Virus record (IMG/VR): IMGVR_UViG_3300006467_000282
Location: 1-64,000 of that record
Direction: 5' to 3' (one strand)
Origin: a virus
Taxonomy: Duplodnaviria > Caudoviricetes
Length of the DNA stretch: 64,000 nucleotides
In this document: positions 1 through 9,318 of the stretch, in pieces
Layout of the letters: each line of letters starts with the position of its first letter
Numbering within the stretch: position 1 is the first letter of the stretch
The notes under the pieces: model-generated
Seen by the model: the letters and a program-made list of their open reading frames with translations, nothing else
Database searches by the model: none
What the model was told of the DNA's origin: nothing
Program-made: the position numbers and the translations under genes

Positions 1-1129
1 CTGCTAAATAACGTACACCACCTGATAGATGCCATTGAGCCAGAGCATCGCCTGTTCCATCCTGCTCAATGGTTAATCCTATGGAAGAACCGACTGTTGT
101 GGTATCATCATAAACATGGAGGGTAGATACCGGGTCGTTATCCCCAACGCCAACCTTTCCTGCTAAGGTGGCTGTTAGAATTGTATCAGTGCCTAAATCA
201 GCAGCGCCAGAGATTTTATAATGACCACTGCCTGAATAATCAACACCTGTTGATATGGTCTGTATTCCTGTAAGAACATAATGCAATACAGCATCAGCCT
301 CACCGTCCTGTTCAATAGTAATACCCGCTGCTGCACCAGTTTCAGTATCATCCTGATAAACGTGCAAAGGGGATACTGGGTTTGATTCTGAGCCTACCAT
401 AAGTGAATCGGTTATTTTGACTTCACCTGTAGTATTTATTAATAGCCTTGTATCAGAGCCAAGGTTAATAGATGAAGCGATTTCAAAAGCATCTCCGCCT
501 GCATTAGATATACCTGTAACCCATCTTTGTCCGCCAGATAGTAAATATTGTAATACAGCATCTCCGGTTCCATCTTGCTCAATTGTAATACCCGCTTGAT
601 CGCCAGTCTCTGTATCATCTTGGTAAACATGCAATGGTGAATCAGGGTCTGTTCTTGTTCCTATCCCAACAAAGTTATTAGCATCAGATATATTTAAACC
701 ACCTTGAGTAGCTATCTCATCAGCATACCCCATTCTAAAATAACGGCTTGCTTCTGTGGCATGATTATCATTAAACATAACAAATTCAGATTGATCAACA
801 CCAATATCACCTTTATTAAAGATAAGGTTAATTGAGTCAGAATCACCATAAGTACCTATTTCAAGAACAACTCCTTTCTCTGAAAATAACCCCACTATAT
901 CTGATCCAGACGCGTATACATCAAAAACATAGCCAGCAGTAGGGACTTTTTTAAATCCAGTAGCCCCATCGGGTGATATATTTATATACGTCTCTGATTC
1001 CTCGGTACCAATTACTAAATTTCCTATTTCACCAAGAATCTCAGAACTATTTGATCCGTCAAGATGAGTTAAACTTAATCCAGTCCCACCACCTAAATTT
1101 GATAAAGTTAAAATTGCTTTCCAGTTAGA
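1..1129 (-). CDS. Tail fibre C-terminal portion, open to the window edge; -1 frame continuation of 1108..2481
   Basis: Hand translation shows a stop-free frame from 1129 to 1 (KAILTLSNLGGGTG...), missing from the ORF track because it is truncated. It has three repeats of P(D/V)S(P/T)LHVY.D.T..G...G.TIEQDG..DA and no clear start or RBS of its own. Confidence 0.75.
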
Positions 1130-2481
1130 TTATTCAGTGAATGAATATCAATCCGACCGTCAGCAGTTCCCTTATGGACATAAGCAACATCATTTAAATG
1201 AATCTCTGAGGTTGTTCCTGTAGCTGCCATACTAAACTCATCAGCAGTTTCAGCATATTTTATAATACCTTTAACAACATCAGAACTATTAGCAAATTCA
1301 TAAGTAGCAGAGCCGGCTGCAGAGGCTTTTAATACAACTGTTTTTAATGTATCATCATATACAAAATTGGCATCACTTGTAACCTCATTATCAGTACTAT
1401 TAAAAAATACTATGCCAGAATCATTTGATGCTGTATCAACAGATGTTAGATATGGTAATTGAGTTGCTATCCATCCACCTAAAGTAACAAAAGGAACTGT
1501 TTGACCTATAAAAATTCCACTTGTCTGTAATCCACCTTTTAGCTGAACGCCTGAGAATTTTGTATATGTATCTTGACCTGTTAAAACAAATGTATTATTT
1601 GGGGCTTGGAATACAGTTTGATTATCAACATCACCTGGGTCAACAGTTATATAAGTATCAACAATAACTGGCCCAGTTTCATCTGTTCCAAACCAAGTTT
1701 GAACCCTAAGTTCTCCAGAAGTGGCTGGAATTAACGTGTATTCTTTGACTATTAAATTTACTGTATTTGTTGTACTTAATGTTTGAGGATCAGCTAATGT
1801 CGAACTAAATACATCTGCAAGTGATATTTGTGAAAGAGCGGGTAATTTCCAATATGCAGGGTGATTACTTCCAGTATCATCATAACTTATTCCATGAAGA
1901 TAATGACTAACTTCATTGGCTGAAGTAAAGTTGAGTACTTCAGAACCACTTGATATACCGACACCACCTGTTCCAAGATATAATGTACCACTTGAAACTT
2001 CTGTTGCAGATAATCTCCAAAGAGTAGAATCGTAGGAAACGGGGTCAGTAGCACCTCCCCATATAAAAGTTGATTGTGTTTCATCACCAACGTTAGCAAC
2101 AACTGGAAGACCATTTACCAGCAGTCCTTCATTAGGTGATGTACTAAAAAAAGTATCTCTTGCAGCTATTGAAGCAAAAAAGTAACTGTTACCTGTGGCG
2201 CCAGCTGGGCCAGTATCACCCTGAACAAGGCTTGTAACATCAACCCAGGCAGATGCTGATCTTTGTTGATAAGCAATATCTCCTGAACCATTATCAAGCA
2301 ATTTAATAATAAGAAATTCATTAGCATCAAGTCTTGCTAATTCTGATGGATTCGCACCAAAATATACATCCCTGGCAGCAGCATCAGCATATATGCCGGG
2401 ATTATTATCAGATTGCGTGAATAGTTGAAATCCTGCTCCTCCTGTAATACCTAAAATATTCCCTTGCGTTATAACACCCAT
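1108..2481 (-). CDS. Tail fibre / virion structural protein (N-terminal part)
   Basis: 457 aa, Gly/Thr/Ser-rich, short collagen-like GDTGPAGATG, at the end of the tail module. Confidence 0.6.
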   Translation of the reverse strand: MGVITQGNILGITGGAGFQLFTQSDNNPGIYADAAARDVYFGANPSELARLDANEFLIIKLLDNGSGDIAYQQRSASAWVDVTSLVQGDTGPAGATGNSYFFASIAARDTFFSTSPNEGLLVNGLPVVANVGDETQSTFIWGGATDPVSYDSTLWRLSATEVSSGTLYLGTGGVGISSGSEVLNFTSANEVSHYLHGISYDDTGSNHPAYWKLPALSQISLADVFSSTLADPQTLSTTNTVNLIVKEYTLIPATSGELRVQTWFGTDETGPVIVDTYITVDPGDVDNQTVFQAPNNTFVLTGQDTYTKFSGVQLKGGLQTSGIFIGQTVPFVTLGGWIATQLPYLTSVDTASNDSGIVFFNSTDNEVTSDANFVYDDTLKTVVLKASAAGSATYEFANSSDVVKGIIKYAETADEFSMAATGTTSEIHLNDVAYVHKGTADGRIDIHSLNNLTGKQF

Positions 2482-2493
2482 AATATTCTCCCC

Positions 2494-2742
2494 CTAAGAG
2501 TTAATGACGACAATAACAGTCCCCAATAATGATTTTGCATATAAACTTTCCCCACTTGCTAAAGCAAAATTATAGGAACTATTCTTATATACATTAAACC
2601 CGATAAAATTACTGGCAGGAGTTGATGATAATATTGCTATTTGAATACCTGCACTGACGGGGGAAATTGTTCCTGCATCTGTTGTTGGACCTGCTAAGAC
2701 CTCGGCCCAATCAGTATCAACAGTTTCATTAGTTGTACCCAT
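2494..2742 (-). CDS. Hypothetical 82-aa protein
   Basis: ORF with AAGGA RBS, co-oriented with the late operon. Confidence 0.7.
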   Translation of the reverse strand: MGTTNETVDTDWAEVLAGPTTDAGTISPVSAGIQIAILSSTPASNFIGFNVYKNSSYNFALASGESLYAKSLLGTVIVVINS

Positions 2743-2788
2743 ATAAAATATCCTTTCTTTTTATAGGAGGAATTCCCTCCTATTATTT

Positions 2789-2902
2789 TTATGAACACCC
2801 CTGTGAAGATTTTGGCGTTATGGATCCATGCACTTTCGGACCTGGTTCGCGTGTCATACCCGGTTGTTTATATCCCATCGTTCGGGGTAGTTTTTTTGCC
2901 AT
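2789..2902 (-). CDS. Small basic 37-aa protein (MAKKLPRTMGY...)
   Basis: AAGGAGATAGAAATG gives a strong RBS at the internal ATG 2902 of track ORF 2789..2977. Confidence 0.55.
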   Translation of the reverse strand: MAKKLPRTMGYKQPGMTREPGPKVHGSITPKSSQGCS

Positions 2903-2931
2903 TTCTATCTCCTTTTTTAAATTAGTTATAC

Positions 2932-2983
2932 AAACAAAAAGGGTTCTTGTCGGCTTGTAGTACCCCTGCCTACTCAAGAACCC
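2932..2983 (-). terminator. Terminator-like hairpin with U-tract
   Basis: GGGTTCTTG/CAAGAACCC arms (2941-2949, 2975-2983), 25-nt structured loop, then TTTTTGTTTG on the minus strand. Confidence 0.5.
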
Positions 2984-3012
2984 CTAAATTTCCTCTGACC
3001 TATTTTTGGAAG

Positions 3013-3071
3013 CCGGGGATGCTACAGCGCAGAGGTTTCTGTAGTTTTCGGATAGCGAATCCTATCCCCGG
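3013..3071 (-). ncRNA. Candidate structured RNA element (three-way junction)
   Basis: Nested stems: CCGGGGAT/ATCCCCGG (3013-20/3064-71), CTACAG/CTGTAG (3022-27/3039-44), GGAT/ATCC (3050-53/3059-62); GC-rich and intergenic. Confidence 0.4.
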
Positions 3072-3085
3072 TAAATCTTTATTTC

Positions 3086-3457
3086 TTATTTATTTGTTAT
3101 TGATTTTATAATCTCCTTTATCCCATCCCAAAATATATACCCAAATGTACCTAAAAGTATACCTATAATTGTCATAGTTACTTTAGATTTTATTTTTTCC
3201 GATCCTCTTCTTAAGTTATCTAAATATACAAAATTCTGTTGCCATTGGACAGCATCCGATGTTTTAGACATATCAATACCAATTAAAGCAAAAGCTTCTT
3301 TGACTCCATCTTTCGAACTTTGCCTTATAATGGTTGAAGGAATATCGTTTATTTTACTATTAATTTCGCTTCTAAGTTCGTCTGCTAATTTCGTTTGTAT
3401 TGTAAGAAGCTCTGCTCGTATTATATCCCGGAGGTCGTCTCTGCTGAAATCACCCAT
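3086..3457 (-). CDS. Membrane-anchored protein, holin/XhlA-like architecture
   Basis: 123 aa, helical N-terminus, one C-terminal TM segment (VTMTIIGILLGTFGYIFW), basic tail. Confidence 0.45.
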   Translation of the reverse strand: MGDFSRDDLRDIIRAELLTIQTKLADELRSEINSKINDIPSTIIRQSSKDGVKEAFALIGIDMSKTSDAVQWQQNFVYLDNLRRGSEKIKSKVTMTIIGILLGTFGYIFWDGIKEIIKSITNK

Positions 3458-4307
3458 TTTCGCAAACTCTCTTTACTTTATGGAAATATACTGAAGGATT
3501 ATTCTCCATGAGTTTCGGAACAAATTCTTTTCCTAATTCTTTTAGGAATGGTTTTAGTGTTAGTAAACACGAACACCTAAACCATAATGTTTTAAAACGT
3601 CTTGCTTTTGTTCCTACTAATCCATTCAATACGTTTCTTAGATTATTGTCAAGTACTCTGCCTGTGTTAATAATTACATAATTTTTATCCATTTTATCAA
3701 TTGGGATATGACGTTCCATAAATACTTTACTGGTATATCCATAATTATATAACCGTTCATTTGTATAAACAGCAACACTTCCTAATGGATAACCGACCAA
3801 TGAAAATAGAACCATCTGCCATCTTGTCGCTCTGTAGAAACAAATGTAAACTTTGTCTGAATGATATGAATCGTTTTTGAAGGTATATGGTCGAGACATT
3901 ATATGAAAAATGCTGATTACTAAAATAAAAGGAAATAATATTGGTAACGAATTCTCTATGAATATATTTAGATTATTTTCATAAACAAAATATCCTAATA
4001 ATTGACTATAATATCCGAAATTTTCGCAATATTTATACCAAAAAACAAATATATATTCAAATACTTCAAATAATTGAAATAATATAATTAACATCCATAA
4101 AGATCTTTTAATAATATTATCAACTTTATTTATATTAAATAAAAATATAAATAATACTAATATACTTATACGTGGACCAATTCCTGCTAATCTTAATAAT
4201 TTTTCTGAATCATTTATTAGAAAAAATCCTTTATTAAATAATATATTAATAATAGACATGAAACTAATTACTATTATTATTCCTTTTTCATGACTGAGCT
4301 TTTTCAT
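3450..4307 (-). CDS. Multi-pass membrane protein of unknown function
   Basis: 285 aa, several N-terminal hydrophobic segments, GAGG RBS, very AT-rich. Confidence 0.6.
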   Translation of the reverse strand: MKKLSHEKGIIIVISFMSIINILFNKGFFLINDSEKLLRLAGIGPRISILVLFIFLFNINKVDNIIKRSLWMLIILFQLFEVFEYIFVFWYKYCENFGYYSQLLGYFVYENNLNIFIENSLPILFPFILVISIFHIMSRPYTFKNDSYHSDKVYICFYRATRWQMVLFSLVGYPLGSVAVYTNERLYNYGYTSKVFMERHIPIDKMDKNYVIINTGRVLDNNLRNVLNGLVGTKARRFKTLWFRCSCLLTLKPFLKELGKEFVPKLMENNPSVYFHKVKRVCENG

Positions 4308-4318
4308 ATGACCTCTGT

Positions 4319-4456
4319 TTATCTTTTTGGTTTACTAACCGGTCTCTTCCGGGTTGTTTGCGTATTGGGATGTCCTAATATTTTAGAATTTTTCCCTGGT
4401 TTCTTTTTCGCTTTACCATTCCCTTTCCCTTTACCTCTGCCTTTTTGTTTCGCCAT
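4319..4456 (-). CDS. 45-aa Lys/Gly-rich basic protein (not in ORF track)
   Basis: AAGGAGG RBS; MAKQKGRGKGKGNGKAKKKPGKNSKILGHPNTQTTRKRPVSKPKR. Confidence 0.7.
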   Translation of the reverse strand: MAKQKGRGKGKGNGKAKKKPGKNSKILGHPNTQTTRKRPVSKPKR

Positions 4457-4548
4457 TACTTTGTTACCTCCTTAGATGATTTCTTTTAATATATATTATA
4501 TCATATTTAAATCTTTATTGTAATATTTATTATATCATATTTATTATT

Positions 4549-5604
4549 CTATGTTTTAATTAAATATATAATATTAATGTTTTTCGGTCTTGTTTCTGTA
4601 CTACCACCAGCAGCACCAGAAGCCCCACTTTTGGTTGGTGGCATATTATATTGACCTGCTGGTGAACCATTTGAGTTGGGGCTGCCTAAAGGATAGATTG
4701 TATGAGTATGACTTTCAAATTCATCTTCCTGTTTTGTACCAACGTTATCGCCAGTTATACCATCCCCTCGATCTGTACGACTTGCAGCATTAGGATCAAC
4801 CCCCTCGCCATCATCCATACCTCTTAGAAAATATCCACGATAATCAGGAACATTAAAAGTAGTTGAACCATCACCAACCCCGTACGTAGTTCCAATAACG
4901 GCAAATAACGCGGCATACGTTGTTCGATCTACCTCTTGGCTATTACATGTTAGTGTTCCTGTAGGTTCTGAATCAACTGGCCATGGAACAATAACCCCAG
5001 TCGGAATAAGTTCAAAGCCGGTTGGTTTATTTTTAATGAAGTCCGGTTGTAGACTACTCGTTTGATCCCAATCGGACTGTACTAACGCCGATCTGGTTAA
5101 CTGCCAAGCACCTGTTCCTGAATCTAATGCAGTTAAATATATACATTCAACTAGATTTGTATCTACGATATCGCCCGCTGATAATTCAGCCTCTGCAAAA
5201 TCAAGTAATTTTTTCGAACCAAGTAATGCTCCGATCGTTTGACCAATATTAATTATTACGTTTCCTGTATTAGTTGCAGTGGCCTTAAAGATAATCCTGG
5301 CACCATTTAAACGATCATACACACCCACGTTTGGTGCTGGCATTTTAAATCCAGAAGAACCTGAAATAGTAACTAAACGTAAATCATTCTCTGTTCCCCC
5401 GCTTCCAACTTCCATTGTTGGAGCAATCCAACTTGCTAATGTAGATGATTCTGCAGTTTGTGAAGTATTAGCAGCTTCAACTGTTTGCCCGCTTCTTACT
5501 ACGTTATCAACTAAGTCCTCTATAACATCATTATGCTCGTCAGCACTTAATTGCCCCTGCGTAGTTAATCCACCATTTTCTATTTTGCCCGATGTATCTC
5601 TCAT
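4549..5604 (-). CDS. Tail fibre protein with phage tail-collar domain
   Basis: IPTGVIVPW...CNSQEVDRTTYAALFAVIGTTYGVGDGSTTFNVPDYRGYFLRG and terminal ETRPKNINIIYLIK. Confidence 0.85.
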   Translation of the reverse strand: MRDTSGKIENGGLTTQGQLSADEHNDVIEDLVDNVVRSGQTVEAANTSQTAESSTLASWIAPTMEVGSGGTENDLRLVTISGSSGFKMPAPNVGVYDRLNGARIIFKATATNTGNVIINIGQTIGALLGSKKLLDFAEAELSAGDIVDTNLVECIYLTALDSGTGAWQLTRSALVQSDWDQTSSLQPDFIKNKPTGFELIPTGVIVPWPVDSEPTGTLTCNSQEVDRTTYAALFAVIGTTYGVGDGSTTFNVPDYRGYFLRGMDDGEGVDPNAASRTDRGDGITGDNVGTKQEDEFESHTHTIYPLGSPNSNGSPAGQYNMPPTKSGASGAAGGSTETRPKNINIIYLIKT

Positions 5605-5616
5605 ATTATACTTCTC

Positions 5617-6201
5617 CTATAAGAATATAATTATAGTATTAGCTGGTTTTACTTGTCTAAATACACAGTCGATTAAATCATTCCTGAATCTACCAAAGGG
5701 TAAGGGAAAGGAATAAGGAAAACCTGCGAGTGAAAATGGAAACTGAACATACATTTTAAATCGACTATATTTATCTGGAAAATTATTTGCTAAGTCATAC
5801 GACCATCCGTCGGTAACTGTAATTGTTTCCCCTATTAATTCGAAACCAAGAGCTTCAAATTCTGCTTTCGTTACAACTGGAATATTTCTTAATCGGGAAA
5901 TAATAGCATTTCTACGCTGTTCTAATGAGTCTAACTCTGTCAAACAGTCGTCTGGAATACCAACGCTTTCCTCCCATTCCGGTAATAAATCGACAGATAA
6001 ATTAATATTATATTCGTCAGCTAATAATTCTATTTGTTGTTGAACTGTATTAAATCCCTGTGCAATAGATCGGATTAATTTAAATATAGTAGAACTATCT
6101 AAATTCTTTTTATTCCATACTCGCCCCTCTGGAAGTACACTCGCAAATTGTACTCCTGTTTCATCTGTATCCGGAGAATTAAAAAAATTCAAATCAGGCA
6201 T
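5617..6201 (-). CDS. Baseplate wedge protein, Mu gp48/DUF2313-like
   Basis: LPEGRVW...LLPEWEESVGIPD...RRNAIISRL...KPANT; follows baseplate J. Confidence 0.8.
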   Translation of the reverse strand: MPDLNFFNSPDTDETGVQFASVLPEGRVWNKKNLDSSTIFKLIRSIAQGFNTVQQQIELLADEYNINLSVDLLPEWEESVGIPDDCLTELDSLEQRRNAIISRLRNIPVVTKAEFEALGFELIGETITVTDGWSYDLANNFPDKYSRFKMYVQFPFSLAGFPYSFPLPFGRFRNDLIDCVFRQVKPANTIIIFL

Positions 6202-6209
6202 TTTTACTC

Positions 6210-8222
6210 CTATACACTAAAAGTTACATCACCTAAAACGGCAATTGACCCGTTTGGAATTGCTATATTTCCAGATGGACTATTTAAAGAAAAGGAGGTC
6301 AAAAAATCACCTGTTATGGGATCTTGTGTCTCCTGAATCGTACCGAGATAACTTGCTTCTGTCACTGCTTGTTGAAAATCTACGTTATCCTCAAAAAATG
6401 CTTGTAATTTATCTCCAATAGCTGTCTGCATTGTGGGAGTATCAGGTATTAATGTACTAAAATCAAAATCGACCACTTCCGGTGTTGGAGCCAGTACAAA
6501 AATATCCCCCTCATACATATGAGCCGGCTTTTTACCATTTTCTATAATTGCTTCTTTTGTAGAATCCAGAATTGTTTGACTTGGTATTATATTAGGGTCA
6601 TCATCTCTTAGCACAAAGATTAAAACTTGACCTGGTACAGGTATCATATTAGATGTGCCCTGCTCCAACCCGGGTACCCACATATCAGCATCTAATAAAG
6701 TTCCATCATTGCCATTCCCGGAAATATCCTCGAAAGTCGTACCAGTCCCTTCAGTAAATCTCCAATATCCTTGTAAATTAGACGTGTCAGCTATTCCCTG
6801 TTGGTATAACTGTGTTATTTCAGAAGGTCCTAATATCCTATCGTATATTCTTACTTCGTCTATATCCGTTAATGTCGTTCGATCTACAAGTGTATCATGA
6901 CCAAGCATAAATATGTTTTGAGCTGATACATCAGTTATTGAATATCCAGCTACATTGGATTGTTCAACTCCATTTATATATAATAAATTATTTGTAGCAG
7001 TTACTGTTACAGCTACGTGCATTATTTGTCGTTCTAATTTCAGAGGAACACTAAAAGTTGAAAATCCCGCTATAGTATTTCCGAAAGCCAACTCTCTTGT
7101 ACTTGTAGTTAAATACAAACCATACCCATCAGTAAAATCAGAAGATTTCATCAGTAAGATTCTTCTATCAACTGAACCTTCTAATGAATCAAATTGGGGC
7201 GTAATAAAACAGCTTAAACTAAAATCACCTGTTATTTCCAGTCCTGTTCCGGAAGTTGGGACTTCCGCATATCGATTTGGAGTAGAGGGTTGACCCTGAA
7301 TAGCAAAGCCATTTCTAATCCCACACACAGTTTCTGTAGGTTCTATAACAATAACTCTTGTATTTCCATTAATTCCTAATGCAGCAAGTCGTATTTGGTT
7401 CGGAGTGAAAACACCCGATTGACTGCTGCGACTAAGAAGAATTCTTTGTCTATACGGTTCATCTGTTTCCTGATCTGTTCCACCAACAAGTCCTGTAAAT
7501 TGAACAATTGCTTGGGATTCAATTCCGTCAATAGTTTCATTAAAAACTAATATTGCACCGGAGGACAAATTTCCGTTTGGTCCTGAAGTTAGAGCTTCAA
7601 CCGCAATCGATACATAGGTAAGACTATATGTAATAGTTCCTGTTGCAGGCGATGTCGGTGTTGTGGCAATTATATATTGAAATTCATTTAATGCAGTAAC
7701 TACAATTTCAAAGTCTCCATTATAGTCGGTTTCATTAGCTCCTGCCATTGTAACAGTTAATCCTGTTGATAAAAAATGACTACTCGGAGTAGTTACTGTT
7801 ACAGCATTTCCCTGTCTTACAACACTGCTAACTAAAAATGATTGTAACTGTACAGAATTACCAGCTGTTGTTTCATATTCAATACTGTTTGCCCCTGTTA
7901 ATATTGTTCCAGCTGGAACTGGGTCAGCTCCAATTGTTCCAACTACAGATATATCCCCAAAGGAAACAGCTGCAGATAATCTTTCCAAACCCTCATATTG
8001 CCCCCATAGATCCAAAAATTCATCAGTAGCAGTTTGTGGAAATAGCTGTTGCTGTAAATCTCGTATAACCTCAACCAGGGATCTTCCCAGTATTGCTTGA
8101 GACCTAACGAAAGCTTCTGCAAAAGATCCTATAATAGTCGGATCGACCTCCGGTAATCTACTTCTAAATGCTCCTATTACAGCATTAGTAAAATCTTCAA
8201 TCGTTGGGTAATTGATCGACAT
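6210..8222 (-). CDS. Baseplate J-like (Mu gp47) protein with inserted LamG-like domain
   Basis: QLFPQTATDEFLDLWG and GGTDQETDEPYRQRIL motifs; insert HVAVTV...LYING...DEVRIYDRIL...GYWRFTEGTG. Confidence 0.85.
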   Translation of the reverse strand: MSINYPTIEDFTNAVIGAFRSRLPEVDPTIIGSFAEAFVRSQAILGRSLVEVIRDLQQQLFPQTATDEFLDLWGQYEGLERLSAAVSFGDISVVGTIGADPVPAGTILTGANSIEYETTAGNSVQLQSFLVSSVVRQGNAVTVTTPSSHFLSTGLTVTMAGANETDYNGDFEIVVTALNEFQYIIATTPTSPATGTITYSLTYVSIAVEALTSGPNGNLSSGAILVFNETIDGIESQAIVQFTGLVGGTDQETDEPYRQRILLSRSSQSGVFTPNQIRLAALGINGNTRVIVIEPTETVCGIRNGFAIQGQPSTPNRYAEVPTSGTGLEITGDFSLSCFITPQFDSLEGSVDRRILLMKSSDFTDGYGLYLTTSTRELAFGNTIAGFSTFSVPLKLERQIMHVAVTVTATNNLLYINGVEQSNVAGYSITDVSAQNIFMLGHDTLVDRTTLTDIDEVRIYDRILGPSEITQLYQQGIADTSNLQGYWRFTEGTGTTFEDISGNGNDGTLLDADMWVPGLEQGTSNMIPVPGQVLIFVLRDDDPNIIPSQTILDSTKEAIIENGKKPAHMYEGDIFVLAPTPEVVDFDFSTLIPDTPTMQTAIGDKLQAFFEDNVDFQQAVTEASYLGTIQETQDPITGDFLTSFSLNSPSGNIAIPNGSIAVLGDVTFSV

Positions 8223-8658
8223 CAGTTCGCCTCCATAAAGTTACGTATTGATCTACCGAATTATCCAGTCGTGTAAATAATATGGGGAGTAACATCCCTC
8301 TTAGACTTCCAGCTGGATTTCCTACTTGAACATTTCCAACAATTCCCCCGTCTATGAACCATTGGAGACCATCTTTCGCTTCATTTCTAACATCATTCCT
8401 TACTATTGGAGTATTCCTTGCTTGATCATAAATCCATAGCTGAGACCCTAATTCAAATTCGACACCCAATGTTTGAATATTCCCTGGCCATCCCCGTCTT
8501 TTTCTGCTATTTTGAACTTGAAATGCTTCTGCTCGCGCATCAGTAAACAAGCTTATTGGGATTGCAGTTTCAAAACCACCGGCCGATTTGAAATCTCCGT
8601 TTTCAATTTCTAAGTCATATAATCCTGTATCGTCTATTTTAACTAAAACATCCTGCAT
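8197..8658 (-). CDS. Mu gp46-like baseplate protein
   Basis: AIPISLFTDARA...RRGWPG...GSQLW..DQAR...AKDGLQWFI. Confidence 0.85.
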   Translation of the reverse strand: MQDVLVKIDDTGLYDLEIENGDFKSAGGFETAIPISLFTDARAEAFQVQNSRKRRGWPGNIQTLGVEFELGSQLWIYDQARNTPIVRNDVRNEAKDGLQWFIDGGIVGNVQVGNPAGSLRGMLLPILFTRLDNSVDQYVTLWRRTDVDQLPND

Positions 8659-8667
8659 ATATCCCTC

Positions 8668-9318
8668 CTAAGGATCTTTAGGACCAGTTGTATCTGCTCC
8701 ACCAGCTGTAACTCCATTATGGACATGGTCAGAATATGTTACTCCATCAATAATTGCCTCAGGTGCTGTAATTGTTCCGCTTGAACTTATTGTTCCGCCT
8801 ACTCCAGTTGTTGATATACCTCCAGCAATAACGACATTTCCTGTTATATTTATAATGGGAGCTGTTAGATCTATTTGTGTTACGGCACTAACTGTTGCAT
8901 TTGCTCCTGCACTAACTGTTACATCTGCTCCTGCAGTTATTTCAGCATTTGAACCGACAGTTGCAATCAAATCACCTGTCGCATTTACTTCAATTATTTT
9001 ACCTTCTTTAAATAAAACATAATCCCCTGTTAAGTAATTTCCTATAGCAGTTTCACCAGGGTTTAGATTCTTGTTAGTCCTTTCATTTGTTAAATCGAAC
9101 ATCCCAATTAGTTTGGATTCTTCCCCATCGACTTGCCAAATCGGACCAGCGGAATTCGGCGGCGGATTACTCATAAATCCATACGGAGTAAAAACGGCAC
9201 ACCTTTGTTTTTTCCCTAAAAATTGTACTTTCGCAACTCTTATATCATTCGAGTCATCAACCAGAACAACACGAGCAATCTTAATCAGGTTTTTTATTTT
9301 ATTAATTAATTGCTTCAT
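8668..9318 (-). CDS. Baseplate central spike, Mu gp45/gpV-like
   Basis: TPYGFMSNPP, LNPGETAIGN, C-terminal HVHNGV metal-binding apex. Confidence 0.85.
   Translation of the reverse strand: MKQLINKIKNLIKIARVVLVDDSNDIRVAKVQFLGKKQRCAVFTPYGFMSNPPPNSAGPIWQVDGEESKLIGMFDLTNERTNKNLNPGETAIGNYLTGDYVLFKEGKIIEVNATGDLIATVGSNAEITAGADVTVSAGANATVSAVTQIDLTAPIINITGNVVIAGGISTTGVGGTISSSGTITAPEAIIDGVTYSDHVHNGVTAGGADTTGPKDP

Noticed and set aside
2763-2783. ATAGGAGG-N5-CCTCCTAT hairpin as a terminator of the late operon
   Set aside because: No U-tract on the sense (minus) strand; role unclear.
3013-3071. Hammerhead ribozyme or tRNA reading of the three-way junction
   Set aside because: GAAA is present but there is no CUGAUGA core; no T-loop, D-loop or cloverleaf.
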